DNA from: Octopus vulgaris
Lineage: Eukaryota
Direction: 5' to 3'
Assembly (NCBI GenBank): GCA_951406725.2
Contig: OX597833.1
Location: 72,106,001-72,170,000 of the forward strand
Length of the DNA: 64,000 bases
The position numbers and the translations under genes are program-made. The first letter of the stretch is position 1, and every line of letters starts with the position of its first letter. The notes below the pieces were generated by a model. The model was not told where the DNA came from, did not search any database, and saw nothing but the letters and a program-made list of their open reading frames with translations. Shown piece by piece: positions 51,311-64,000 of this stretch.

Positions 51311-51980
51311 GTAAGTAAAAAGCTTCTCTTTCCTCCTCTTCTTCGTCATCGTTGTTGTTGTTGTTGTTGTTGTTGTTGGGTGTGGTGGTGGTGGTGGCAG
51401 TGGTGCAGTAGTTTTGGTGATGATTTTGGTTGTAGTGACAGTACTGATTGTTATGGTAGTATTTGTAGCTGAAAGAAAGGTGGAGTTCAGCCTGAGTATT
51501 GTTGAGGGGGAAGTCTGTTATGATAGTGGAATTGAGGGCAGAGGTGACATGTTGAGGAATGTGAAAGAAGTTATTGTGGTTAAGAGTAAGATTGAAGATA
51601 GCTATTCTGATTAGGAGGAAGTTGTAGGTGGTTGTTTTAGAAGTAGGGAAGTGGGGAATAGAAAGTAGTTGGGGTGAAGTTAAAACGTGTTGAGGTGGTG
51701 ATGGATTGTAGAGCTGAAAGTGGCTGTTGCCGCTGAGTGCAAAATAGCTGTTATGGTTGGAAATGTTGGAGTTGGTTGTTTTGGTTGAAGTGAAAAGTGG
51801 TGATGGTTGTTGTTGTTGGGGGATATGCAGCTGATAGGTGTTATTGCATTTTGATTATTTTCCAGGTGATATTTTGAGGATATTCTTTTTTGTTTAGCTC
51901 TTGGTTATCACTGTTGAGCAACTCAACTGTGACCATCCTGTCTTAAATTCACATATAATGTATCTCAGACTACATTATCC

Positions 51981-52771
51981 AGATCTATTTGGTTTGGTTG
52001 CCAGCATTTCAAAAATTAATGTTTATCGAAAATTTAAAAATTTGGTACATTAATATACTTTTCCAAGCTGAATCGCTGGAGTTATTTCATTTTTTCGCAG
52101 AAAAATGTTTTTAAAAAGTTATAGGGGTTTAAAGTTTGATCATTTTCACCCAGTCGGGAAACAGGATTTGGATGCCATCATTTTGTGCTGGACTGCACAT
52201 TTTGTTGTCTACATCTTGAAAATAGCATGTGTTGTCAAGAAAGAGTAAACAACAACGTCTTTTGTAATTTTAAGCATTGCAATAGCATGAATTTAAAGAT
52301 TTGTCCAAAAGCATTATTTAGCTGTTACTTTTAGTACACCTCACAACCTCCTCAATGACAAAAAGAAATGAGTAAATAACACGTATTTTGTAGCTTTAAG
52401 CATTCAATATGCATTTAGCACAAACTTAAAAGATTTGTCTAAAAAAAAAATAGCACATTACAAATTAAATATTTAAAAAAAAAAAAACATTTTGTTAACC
52501 AGTTCATAAATTCACATGTTCAATTGTCAACAGTTATATAAAACAAGTGGTTTCAATATATTTGTCAACAGGCGCAATTAGACGCAGGAGTGGCTGCGTG
52601 GTAAGTAGCTTGCTTACCAACCACATAGTTCCGGGTTCAGTCCCACTGCGTGGCACCTTGGGCAAGTGTCTTCTACTATAGCCTCGGGCCGACCAAAGCC
52701 TTGTGAGTGGATTTGGTAGACGGAAACTGAAAGAAGCCCGTCGTATATATGTATATGTATGTATTTATATA

Positions 52772-52804
<33 letters not shown>

Positions 52805-53263
52805 TTGTGTGTCTGTATTTGTCCCCCCCTCCTCCAACATCACTTGACAACCAATGCTGGTGTGTTTGCTTCCCCGTAACTTAGCGGTTCGGCAAAAGAG
52901 ACCGAGAGAATAAGTATTAGGCTTACAAAGAATAAGTCCTGGGGTCGATTTGCTTGACAAAAGGTGGTGCTCCAGCATGGCTGCAGTCAAATGACTGAAA
53001 CAAGTAAAAGAGTAAAAGAGGTGCTTTCTTGCAGACAAAGAGTTCTCATGTTCTGCTTGTTACTATGGAAACAGGTATGAATGGCTTACAATTGGCAAAA
53101 ATTACCCAAAATTTTCAAATTTTAATTACAAATAACTCTTTATTTATTGATTTATAGTGGAAATGATTTTGACATCATTCATTAGCTTAAAAAGTGTATC
53201 CTTATACTGAATATGAAATCAATTTGAACAGAATTGATGCTGGCTGCCAAACCGAATAGATCT
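51981..53263. mobile_element. non-autonomous TIR transposon (Merlin-like, 8-bp TSD) with a nested SINE
   Basis: TIR AGATCTATTTGGTTTGGTTGCCAGCAT / ATGCTGGCTGCCAAACCGAATAGATCT; TSD CATTATCC/CATTATGC. Confidence 0.8.
52581..53019 (+). mobile_element. young full-length tRNA-derived SINE, family B
   Basis: A box TGGCTGCGTGG, B box GGTTCAGTCC, central (TG)n, tail AGTAAAAGAGTAAAAGA. Confidence 0.9.
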
Positions 53264-55102
53264 CATTATGCTGTATGTTCTTTCTTTTCCTTTTTAAAAC
53301 TATAAGATGTGATTTGAGGAAGATTTTGGTTGTTATTTCTGGCAAATTGAGCTATGATATAAAGTCTACTCTGTTGGTAGAGATACAACAATTGTGACTG
53401 AGGTGGTGGAGTTGAAGGTTGTTTTTGTAGTAGTGGAAGCCAGTTACGCTCTAATTGATAATGGATGTGGCTCTTGTTAGAGCTCATTGTTTACATACAA
53501 CCAAACATCCTAATAACATAGTTGCCACTATACACGAACTTTTTGTCTTTTTCTTATTGATTTGGCCTGTCAAAATGGTCTGTGTACATGGCCTTTACAG
53601 GTTCTCTGAGGCCCAGTTAGGTGAAATCACAATCCTCTATCTCTTGGATCTGTATATGCTCTCTTGAGTTTATATATAATCAACATTTGTTTTAGAGCAT
53701 GGCTGTAGAATTTCTTATGAAGAATTAATCTTGCTATTGTTATAGATGCAGGGATAACAATAGTTAAGAAATTCACCTTGCAATCATATCATGTGACTTT
53801 GAATTTAATCTGTCAGTGCTGTACATAGGGCAAGTGTCTTCTGTCATAAACTTTAGTTGATAATCTTATGAATAAAATTTCAAATATAGAAACTATTCCA
53901 AAGCCTATTGGAGGCACCATTCCTGTCCTTAAGTGAGAGACTTAATTTGTTATCCTACTTTACACCACTGCCTTTTAGTGGAGCATGCTTGGTTGAAAAT
54001 TATTGGACCTTGTCTCCAGTGTGAGGATAACTTCCTCATTTTGTCCCATCAGTCGTAGAGGCCCAGGAAAAAGTCATGAATACTGCCCTTTCTTCTCTGA
54101 CTAAACTATTAAAAAAATTATTAAAAAATGCATTATAACAGGTTTCTCTCTGCTACAGACCTATTTAGTTAACTTTAACTGTCCAGTTTTTTGGGTGGGG
54201 TTGGGGTTCCATTTTAGTCTTAGTCAGGAGGGAGAGACTACATCATGACTTTTACAGTTCCTCTAAAACTGGTCAGATTGATACAGTTGATATGCAGCTT
54301 GGGCAGTTGCAAATCATTAGCTTTGGGGGAAAATGTTGGTGGGAGGTTCATTTCCAGATAGTTGATGTTGTTCTGAAGAAGAAGGTTTCAGGAAAAATTG
54401 GCTAGTGCAGAGCCTGAGAAGAGTAATATAGAATAGGTGATGAAAAGGGAAGAAATATGGACAGGGTAGTATGCAACCAGCTAACTCTGAGCAACAGAGA
54501 CTATTGTTATGCAAGTACTAAAAGACATGCCTGTCAGCTGATGATGTTTGTGAATGAGTCCTTGTCAGTCATCTAGATGGCTTTCCTTTGGATGCAGTCT
54601 GTTATGTTTTTTTTTGTGTAGCCTTAGCACCATATCAGATTTGGGGTCAGTTTTCTATTGTGGGCCTCACTTGAGTATTATAGTGCATCAGTTACTCAAA
54701 GCTAAAAGTATTTTCTATCTCTAAAATGGAAATCTTTGGGATACAATTTTTTCTGTTATAAATGTTTGTTATGTATAAGAGATCACAAGTAGATGTTATC
54801 AATGAATCACTACATTTGTAGTGGTTTTGAAGGTTTTAATTGATTCATTGTCCATAAACTTAGATGCTGAAGTAGCAGATATGTATTGTCTTTAAATGAA
54901 GCATTAATATCATATGGTACTTTGTATTCAGCATTTAGCTTGTGTTGGAAGGTTGCATTAAAAACAACAGATTGGTGTTAAGCTCCTCATAAACCTTGTC
55001 TGTGACCTAGGTTTGATTTCCAACTGTTAAAACATATCCGTGTTTGGATATCTTTTTCAATATGTCAACAAATTTTTGTATCTTCATACTTTTATTTTAC
55101 AG

Positions 55103-55222
55103 CTTTTAAGCTTCCTCCTGGCTGTTTTTGTCCTTTGTGATTTAACAGTGAAGATCTACTATGAAAATACACATCCTACAGCAGTGGACTATATTGCAGG
55201 TATATCCCAGATCATAGCTTAT
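55103..55222 (+). CDS. ABCC1: ABCC1/MRP1-like, exon 3
   Basis: tttacag acceptor, LLSFLLAVFVLCDLTVKIYYENTHPTAVDYIAGISQIIAY, gtaagt donor; 120 nt, phase 0/0. Confidence 0.88.
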
Positions 55223-56160
55223 GTAAGTATTCAAAGGTGTTTCTCAGTTGTTTCCTTACAGTAACAGCAATAAAATGTTTAATTCTTTTGATACTACAAC
55301 ACCATACAAAACTTAGTGCTTTGTGATGGCAATTTTTATTTTTTGTTCAGCATGTGTGGTTATCTATAGACTGAGTGTTGAAAACTTTCCAATATGGTGC
55401 AAATGTTGAAAAAATGTTGAAGGGTTAACATTTTGTTCTGCAACTTCTCAAATTATTCTTGCATGATTTCAGTTCAGTTGGTTGCTGTCAATTAGAGAAA
55501 GTAATCTGTGACTTTCTTCAAGACTCATGCCCTTGCTATGAAAGTTTTGAAGCCAGTGTTGAGCTTTACATTTATTGAGTGTCTCCTAACTGGATACGTG
55601 GTTAATATTATGAGCAGTTTTCTCTGCAATGTGTTACACTTTAAACTCACTAAACTTGCTTTGTCTATTATTGTCTTACATCAGTAGATTTAAATCTGTA
55701 TATCAATTAAATAAAAGTTTATTCCAAAGTGAAGATCAAAGTTTAAAATAACAAAATGCACAATTATCTAATGTATTTTGTGTGTGTGTGTGTGTGTGTG
55801 TTTGTGTCTGTGTGTGTGTCTGTGTGTGAGGATCAAGGTTTAAAATAACAAAATGTTTAATTATCTAATGCATTTTGTGTGTGTGTGTGTGCACGTGCAT
55901 GCATGAATAGCCGAATCTGTATATATGTATATTAGGCTGAATGGCTAAGTAGTCATAGGTTAAGGGTTCAATCACACTGTATAACATCTTGAGCAGTCAT
56001 GCCACCTGGGTTTGCCATTTCTAAAAGCCAAGAATCACTTTCTGTTGAAAGAACTGACCAGCTGTATAAAAGTAAACACATTTTTTCTTCTTTCTCTCTC
56101 CCTTCTTCCTTTCCTTCTCTTTTCCATTGACACTCTTTACAGATACAAAAGCACACATGT

Positions 56161-56192
<32 letters not shown>

Positions 56193-56195
56193 TCA

Positions 56196-56263
<68 letters not shown>

Positions 56264-56617
56264 GTTGTGGGAGAGTGTAAAAGCTGAACACACATTAGGA
56301 TGGTGTCTTTCCACTACCAGATAATTGTAAATTTCTATCCTTTTACTATTGTCCATCACCAAGGTACATAACTCTCAATCAGTTCACTTTATGGTAATCA
56401 AATGGTGTGGAAAGTGGACTTATTAATATTATCAAGCAGAAAGATATAGGAGCTTTGTATAATTGGCACAGAATTCAAAACTTACCATAAATATTGTTTG
56501 GTGAAGTGTAGCTCACCCCAGGTAGCTCACCCCAGATACACAAAGCTCGTGAGGATGAATATTTTTCTGTAATGTTTCTATAACCCAATGGTTATTACAC
56601 TTAGACACGCACGCTTG

Positions 56618-56660
<43 letters not shown>

Positions 56661-57286
56661 TTACAAACACATTGTATGGAGCTGGGTTTTAATGAGTTCC
56701 TTATCTGCATTTTTAATCATTTCCTCTCAAGTCATAAATTACCTGACTGAAGCTAATAAGAAGGCTGCTACCTTTCAAGCTAGCAAGAGGATTTCTATGC
56801 AGTCATTTGACCTGTTAGAAGCAGCAGCTCAATCTTCTTCAAATTACAACATTATCATCTCAAATACAGATGAGTGCATGAGAGTAAGAACTCCCCAATG
56901 CACAAAAACATAGGACGGTCACAGTTGCGACACCTTTGATCACAGGTCAAACAAGGCTGATTTGAGATCAAACAGTCATTTCCGTCTCCTTCCACCACAT
57001 CTTGAAAATGAAAGTTTGAAGTATTTAAAACAAAAGCTGAACTAGTTATTAGCTTCTTGTCTTATATTCATTATCTTTGTCCTCTCTATATCTCAGTATC
57101 TTCCTTCTCTCTCTCATCCTTCCACACTTTCTCATGCTTCCTTACTGTAACTTGCCTTCTCTCTCTCTCCACAATCCCTCCATATTCTCCTTTCTCCCTA
57201 TCTCTTTCTTGTCTCTTTTCTCCTCTTTCTCCCTCCCCCTCTCTCTCATTCATTTATATCAACAATTAACCCTTTACCATTTACAG

Positions 57287-57415
57287 TTATGTGCAATGGT
57301 CCTGATGCAAGTTGAACGCTGGAATGGTGCTGTGGCATCAGGAGTTCTCTTTATATACTGGTTGCTGTCATTGCTGTCTGGCACTGTTCTGTGTTACAAC
57401 AAAGTCATAATGAAG
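57287..57415 (+). CDS. ABCC1: ABCC1/MRP1-like, exon 4
   Basis: tttacag acceptor, LCAMVLMQVERWNGAVASGVLFIYWLLSLLSGTVLCYNKVIMK, gtaaag donor; 129 nt; ERxxG..SG..F.W TMD0 motif. Confidence 0.93.
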
Positions 57416-57531
57416 GTAAAGTACGCCTGGACTGGTCTCACCCTCGTATGTATTGAAAAAGGAGGGAAGGGCAGGGTTACTACAGACTTATTTTATTACA
57501 AATAAAACTCTTGTTTAGTAAACTACTTATC

Positions 57532-57583
<52 letters not shown>

Positions 57584-57649
57584 CCTTCATCAGCAACATC
57601 ACTATCTTAAATATCTTAGCACTGTATTAACTGCAGATGAATATTGGTG

Positions 57650-57735
57650 ATGTGCATGTGTGGAGTGGACATGTGCAGAAAGGTGTTGCTATAGCAACAC
57701 CTTTCTGCACATGTCCACTCCACACACATGCACAT
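57650..57735. repeat. spacerless palindrome with arms of about 42 bp
   Basis: Centre GTTGCTA/TAGCAAC at 57691/57692; one 2-nt indel. Confidence 0.9.
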
Positions 57736-58532
57736 TGGCAACATCCGTCTATTTCTTGAAAACGGGGTCATAACCCCAAAATACTGAATACAAGGTAAGT
57801 CTACATTAATTCACATATTTGTTTTCTTGTGATTTAACTTGCATTTACTTAGCATTGTTTTGGCCTTACCTACGATCCTTTATACAATATATATATATAA
57901 ACGATGATGATGATGATGATGATGATGTATGTCATCATGATCATTTAACATCTGCTTTCCATGCTGGCATGGGTTAGATGGATTAACTGGAATTAGTAAG
58001 CTGGAAAGTTGCACCAAGTTCTAGTCTAGTTTGGCCTGGTTTCTACAGCTGGATGTCCTTCCTAACACCAACTACTCCAAGAGTGTAATTGGTGCTTTTT
58101 TGTATGCCACTGGCATGGAAGATTGTTTATAATATATTCAATTATACTATCTTAATGCCTGTTTCATTAACATAAGATGATTGTTACTCACATAATACAA
58201 ATTACATAATCAATACTTAATACCAAATAGTCAGAAACATGTAACTTTTATATATAACATTATTGGATTTAACAGGTGACCAAATTCTGTCATTTTCCAT
58301 AATTTGCATTCTGTAACTAATAATCATCTCATGTCAATGTAACGTGCAGAAGGTGGTTTTACTAGATATCTTGTAAATGATCTCTCCCGTTTTGTTTTCT
58401 GCATATACTCTGTGTAACACACAAATCTTGATTTCATTACAAAGGATAAAATTACAATACTGGAAAAGAAATACAAGTAGAGTTCTAAATACTGGTTATT
58501 TGTCATGGTTGCAAAGATATATATATATATAT

Positions 58533-58869
58533 TTAAACATAAAAGAAAATTACCCTTTAACAGGTAATTTTTACATGCTAGAAAGAGCATTAACACAGTT
58601 AAAACCACAATTTAATAGCAATTTTTGAAGGAAATGAAAAATAAAAACTTTTACCTTGTTATTTTTATTTGCAGTTATACCATGATTTTAAATTTCTTTA
58701 GCAAACAAGATTATCCATGGTATAACTGCAAATAAAAATAACAAGGTAAAAGTTTTTATTTTTCATTTCCTTCGAAAATTGCTATTAAATTGTGGTTTTG
58801 GCTGTGTTGGCTGCTTATTCTAGCATGTAAAAATTAACCTGTTAAAGGGTAATTCTCCTTTGTGTTTAA
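58533..58869. repeat. inverted repeat with arms of about 152 bp and a 31-nt spacer
   Basis: 58533-58684 versus 58716-58869. Confidence 0.9.
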
Positions 58870-58981
58870 TTGTACACCATTTTAAAATACGAATATGTTG
58901 TTTATTGACTATTTATACATGCTAGGCCACTGGTGGTGACATTTATAATGAATATTCGCTACCCTATATATGTATCTTATG

Positions 58982-59015
<34 letters not shown>

Positions 59016-59016
<1 letters not shown>

Positions 59017-59477
59017 GAGGTCTGATCTCAGAACTGAGAGAAACATCACAGATGTGCATGCAGCTGTGAAGAAAAATAATTGAGTCACCATCCGTGAGTT
59101 ATGAGAGGATGTGCAGATTAGTTACAGTTCAGTTCAGTCCATTATCAGTGAAGATTTGGGTAAGAGATGCATGTCTGCCAAGTTTGAGCCAAAATTACTT
59201 TCAGCTGATGAAAAAGGCACTCAAATTTCAGTTGCACAACATCTTGATTGTGTTGAGAACAATGAAAGCTTTTTGAAAACTTTGTGTAGGTCTCTGAGCA
59301 GGTACCGCCAAGCTTTTGGCTCAACTTTCTCCATTATGGTCAATGTGACGAACATACAAACATTACTTCCAAGCATTGCTGTAAACAGCAGAAGTGTGCT
59401 AGCACGTTAAAACTTAGTACACATGCTTTAGTTTTGTTACTATGGCAACAATCAGGCTACTCATTGATCAGACCATG
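59016..59477 (+). mobile_element. internally deleted mariner
   Basis: TA-CGAGGTCTGATC...GATCAGACCATG-TA; IISEDLGKRCMSAKFEPKLLS is a WVPxxL-linker remnant. Confidence 0.8.
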
Positions 59478-59838
59478 TATATAAATATAAATATTGATGA
59501 TGTAAACATGTTTGTCCAGTTTTTACCTTATAATTTTAAACTCCCCCCCCCACTTTATATATATATGTGTATATTTGTACCATTGGTAAACAAAAATTGT
59601 CGAAACTAGTTTGGTATGTGAATAAATCTATTTAACAACTACACACATTTCAGATTCAGGTGCATTTTCAAACCCCAAAACAAATTCTACAAATATATAT
59701 TATATTTGCCTCCACAAAAACACACACACTGACACACATAGATATGTGTGAGCCAGCATGATATTTATGTATATACCCACTAACACACTGACACACAGGT
59801 AACTTAGATGTGACCTTTCTCTTTGTCTCATGTTACAG

Positions 59839-59964
59839 CAATATGAAACTGATATTCTACACTTCAACGTATTCCTTGCATGCTATACATTCATCGTCTT
59901 GGAGGTTGTGTTCCATTGCTTTGCTGAAGTGCCACGCAAATACGACAAGAAAGCATTACAAAGG
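59839..59964 (+). CDS. ABCC1: ABCC1/MRP1-like, exon 5
   Basis: ttacag acceptor, QYETDILHFNVFLACYTFIVLEVVFHCFAEVPRKYDKKALQR, gttagt donor; 126 nt, phase 0/0; CFAE resembles human CFSD. Confidence 0.9.
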
Positions 59965-60139
59965 GTTAGTTTATGTTATTTTTCATATTTTTATATTTTT
60001 TATTTTATGATGTTTATTTTTAAAGTAAAGTGGATGATAAAGTGAATAACATACTGAACTCAGAAATGTTAATTAATTTATATTACACCTTAACAGATAT
60101 ATTTGCTAAAATTACATAAAAAATATCTAGAAATACTGA

Positions 60140-60700
60140 AGAGTAAATTTATTCAGTAAAATCACCATTGGCTTCAACCACAGCCTCCAGACGACTTCGG
60201 AATCTCCTGCAACTCTTCTGAATGGTCTCCTTGTTTAAGTTGGTGAATACTGCCATAATCCTTGCCTTTAGTTCATCTTCAGTCTTACAAGGAGTTTTGT
60301 TGGTCTCTCATTCAACTGTGCCCCACACATAATAATGAAGCGGGTTGCATTCTAGGGAGACAGGTGGCCAGATGTTAGGGGTAATGTGGTCACAGAAATT
60401 GTCTGACAGTCATGACTAGGTTTTTCTGTGTGATATGGTGCAGTGTCCTGTTGCCAGACATAAGGTGTTCCAGCAGCCACCCTCTTCACCCAGGGCAGCA
60501 CTGCCTCCTTGAGGTATTTGATGTAGGCCTCCATGTTGGGTCTGTGGCCATGTGGGAGTATGAATGGAGGTATAATGTTGCCATCACTAGTAATCACTCC
60601 AAACACCATGATCTTGACTGGATGTTTGATTTTTATCACTCTCAGTACATGTTCTCAGATTGACAACCCAAACACTGAAATGTTTGTGTTGGAGCTTCCA
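60140..60700 (-). mobile_element. Tc1/mariner (maT/DD37D-like) transposase remnant
   Basis: KHPVKIMVFGVITSDG...YVWQQDTAPYH, then WPP.S.ECNPL.YYVWG. Confidence 0.8.
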
Positions 60701-61056
60701 GCATGAATGCCAAGCAGTACAGCATGTCGTTTCCAAATTTCTGTGTTTGTGTGTGTGTGTAGACTTAGCATGGTTGTGTGGTTAAGAAATTTACTTCATA
60801 ACCACATGACTTTGGTTCACTCATCTTGGTCAGTTATCTATAACTGTAGCTCTGGGCTGATCAAAGTCTTGTGGGTGGATTTAGTGGAGAGGAACTGAAA
60901 GGAGGTGTGTGTGTGTGTTTCCTTGTCTGGATATCACATGTTAATTATAAACAAATATCACCATCACACAAGAAGTGTCATTCATTTGCAATCTTCTGCA
61001 AAAACAAGTCCAGATCCTTTCAAACCATCCAGCACACCATGGAAAACGGATGTTAA

Positions 61057-61092
<36 letters not shown>

Positions 61093-61474
61093 GTGATGAT
61101 GTATATAAATTAGTAGTATAAGATGTAGATTCAGAGATTCATGTGGTCATCGCAGAAAGCTCTTATGGACTCAGTCATCAGCCTGCATAATAGTCAATTT
61201 CAAAGAAGTGTAATTTAGAGTGTCCATGTAACTGAGAATACAGTAAAATCCAGCCATGAGAGATATATAAAAGCATAAAGGTGAATATATTTATCTAACC
61301 ATATTCTTTCCATGCTGACTGTACATAAAAAACAAGCATATGTAATTTCTTGCAGACTGAAATTATTACTACATAAAAAAGATTGCAAAATGGATGTAAC
61401 CTTATTAAAGTTGTGTGGTTAAAGTAACATACATTCACCTCTCATGCTTCCAGACTTTATGGTTTTAGATTTAT

Positions 61475-62180
61475 CACCATCATCATTTAGTATCTGTTTT
61501 CCATGCTGGCATGGGTTAGACACTAAGTGGAACTAGTAAGCTGGAGAACTGTACCTGGCACCAGTTTGATTTTGGCTTGGTTTCTACAGCTAGATGCTCT
61601 TCCAAACACCAACCTCTCTCAGAGTGTAGTGGGTGCCTTTTATGTGTCACCAGCACAGGTGCTTTTTACATGTCACTAGCACTGTCCATGACTATGATTT
61701 CACTTGGCTTGATGAGTCTTCTCAAGCACAGCAAACTGCCAAAGGTCTCTATCATTTGTCATTGCCTCTATGAGACCCAACATATAAAGATCATAATTCA
61801 CTACCTCATCCCATGTCTTTCTGGATCTACCTCTTGCATGGGTTTCTTCCACAATTAGGGATCAGCACTTCTTTATGCAGCTGTCCTTATCTATACACAT
61901 CACCTGACTTTACCAGCGCAGTATTCTCTCATGCATACCACATCTGATTCCTTGTATACCCAGTTTTTCTCTCAAATCACTTACACTCTAGCATACATGC
62001 ACACTAACATTATTCATCTAGAGGAGCATTCTGGTTTCTTTCAAACCTTCTCATATATTCTCAGCAGTCACCACCTATGTCCTATGTTCACTGCCATGTA
62101 GCATAACTGTTCAAATACAGGTGTCGTACAATCTGCCTTTCACTCTGAAGGAGAGGCCCTTTGTTATTAACAATAGTAGA
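61475..62180 (-). mobile_element. degenerate RTE-like LINE 3' end (family of 41720-42935)
   Basis: Inverse similarity to 41850-42900. Confidence 0.75.
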
Positions 62181-62680
62181 TCACCATCATCGTTGTTCGA
62201 CCATGGTCAAGACAATGGAATTTACTATGTTATGCCAGACCTCACAGTCCATCATAGCATTACGGAGGTCATGTTACTGGCTGCCAGTATCCATGGAGAT
62301 TACACCAGGGTAGGAGAGTGTGCGTTATCTGGTATCGCGAGCAGATGGCTTCCAGAGAAGAGTAGAAATTATTTCGTTTTCAGCTCTACAACAATGTCCA
62401 GCAAACTGGACTCTTCTACCTTACACAAGAGATGATACAGGTGGTAATTTCCCATGTATTTGTACTTTGGTTGGATGACGCTTCCACGAGAGATTTTGAG
62501 CTCTCATAAGGAGACAAGTATAATAAGTTCCATCCAACTGCCTCTCCAGCTTCTTTGATAACATCCAGGTTTCTGAGCTATATAGTAGAATTGGTTCAAC
62601 TGTGGCTTTGAAGATTTTAAGCTTGAAATCTCTACTTAGATTTGATGACCAGATCTTATGCATATCATTACAGGCAGACA
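62181..62680 (-). mobile_element. RTE-like LINE 3' end (family of 18023-18410)
   Basis: KLKIFKATVEPILLYSSETW; highly similar to 18023-18410. Confidence 0.85.
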
Positions 62681-63311
62681 ATATAGTTCTAGAGACACAA
62701 AATATATGAGCTAGTCATGGTTGATATGCTTTGATCATAAGTTTGCTCAACTAGGGTTGTCTTGAGGGCTAAACATCAGCAAAATTATAAAAACAATTTT
62801 TTAAGCTTTACTTGCTCTCAAGAATAAGATGCATATTGCTGTTTCACTTGCAGCTGTTGTTGGGCAAGTGTTTTTTTACTATAGCCTTGGGTTGACCAAT
62901 GCCTTATGAGTATATTTAGTAGATGGAAGCTGTGAAAACCCACCAGATATATGTGTACTTGTATTGTTGATGCTTGATCCTAAGTCAACTCTGATTGAAT
63001 AGACCAATGAGCAAAAGTATTTTAGTCAAGATCATCTGGCCTTTTTCTATATCTACAACATAATTGTCTAATGTATTCTTTCTGTTTTGTGACAGCAAGT
63101 TGTAAATTCAAGGAGTTTGATTACTAAGAGAGCAAGTGATCATATAGAATCTCTTTTAAATGCTTGAAGTACCTCTTGAATTAAGCTGTGTCCCAAATTG
63201 CATGTCTTTATGTAAAAGTATAACTTAGCTAGTCAAAAAATAGTCATCAATAAAATAAACCCTTTGATGCTGGTGCTGTTGCATGATCACAGCCTAGTGA
63301 CTGAACAGTGG

Positions 63312-63355
<44 letters not shown>

Positions 63356-63505
63356 ATGCGTGCGTGTGTATGTGTGTCTGTGTGAATATTTTGTTTGACA
63401 TTGAGAAAATGTGTAAAATTTATTAACTGTATACCCAATCAAACCATCTAGCTCATTCCAGCATGGAAAATAGATGTTTGATGATGATGATGTCTATATT
63501 TACAG

Positions 63506-63567
63506 AAACCAAATCCAGAGCTGGAAGCATCTTTCCCATCCAAGTTCACACTTCATTGGATCACTCC
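63506..63567 (+). CDS. ABCC1: ABCC1/MRP1-like, exon 6 (L0/lasso); gene continues beyond the window
   Basis: tttacag acceptor, KPNPELEASFPSKFTLHWIT(P), gtaagt donor; 62 nt ending in phase 2, like human [21 protein letters not shown]. Not shown in the ORF track. Confidence 0.92.
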
Positions 63568-64000
63568 GTAAGTCCAAAGAATACTTTCTAAAATCAATGT
63601 AAAACCAGTATTCTTTTCATGACCACATTTGGTGAGGTTGTTGAGATGCTTGAATGGAGGTGTGTTGCAGTCAAGAGGTATGGTAGAGAGGAGCTTCAGC
63701 CAAGTTCCTCATGGAAAAGGCACACTCTGTAATCATTGTCTGAAAAGCACTGCAAAATGAGACGGAGCTAGCTCACTTCCTAAAAGTTTCCCGATCCTTC
63801 ATTGTCAAAATTCTCTTGAGAATGAGATCTACCTAGAGTTGCCTCTCTTAGGTACATCTCTTTGACAAGAGTCAAAAACTTGAAACATCAATGTCTGAGA
63901 TTCCCAAGAGATGGCGACACTAAATGAACTGGGTGTTTTCACACCTTTTTAACATAAGAGAGATTTTTCTCCATGGTAATTGCAGTGTATTTGCCTTTAG

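Noticed and set aside
55733-55890. Short tandem duplication of about 50 bp next to (TG)n; also older duplicated segments at 45855/46408
   Set aside because: Ordinary local slippage or duplication with no functional signal.
63980-64000. TTTGCCTTTAG at the window edge as the acceptor of ABCC exon 7
   Set aside because: Plausible, but no downstream sequence is available to test it.

Overview
AT-rich, microsatellite- and transposon-dense eukaryotic genomic DNA. The repeat repertoire suggests a coleoid cephalopod such as Octopus (inference). It contains one intact tRNA-Arg(CCG) gene (61-133) and the first six coding exons of a + strand ABCC1/MRP1-like ABC transporter (32731-63567, continuing past the window end); these cover TMD0 and L0, and intron 1 is about 18.3 kb. 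The rest is mostly mobile-element debris: tRNA-derived SINEs, R4/Dong-like, RTE and CR1/L2 LINEs, Penelope-like pieces, mariner/maT/pogo/hAT/Merlin-like DNA elements, Helitron 3' ends and one internally deleted LTR retrotransposon. Three signals stand out. (1) The LTR element's primer-binding site is the exact reverse complement of the first 12 nt (5' end, not the CCA end) of the conserved metazoan tRNA-Phe. (2) There are several minimal hammerhead ribozymes, one fully canonical. (3) Two long inverted repeats have their inversion point at the position of hammerhead stem-loop II. Most ORFs in the supplied track are microsatellite or low-complexity artefacts. All coordinates were read by eye; transposon boundaries are approximate.
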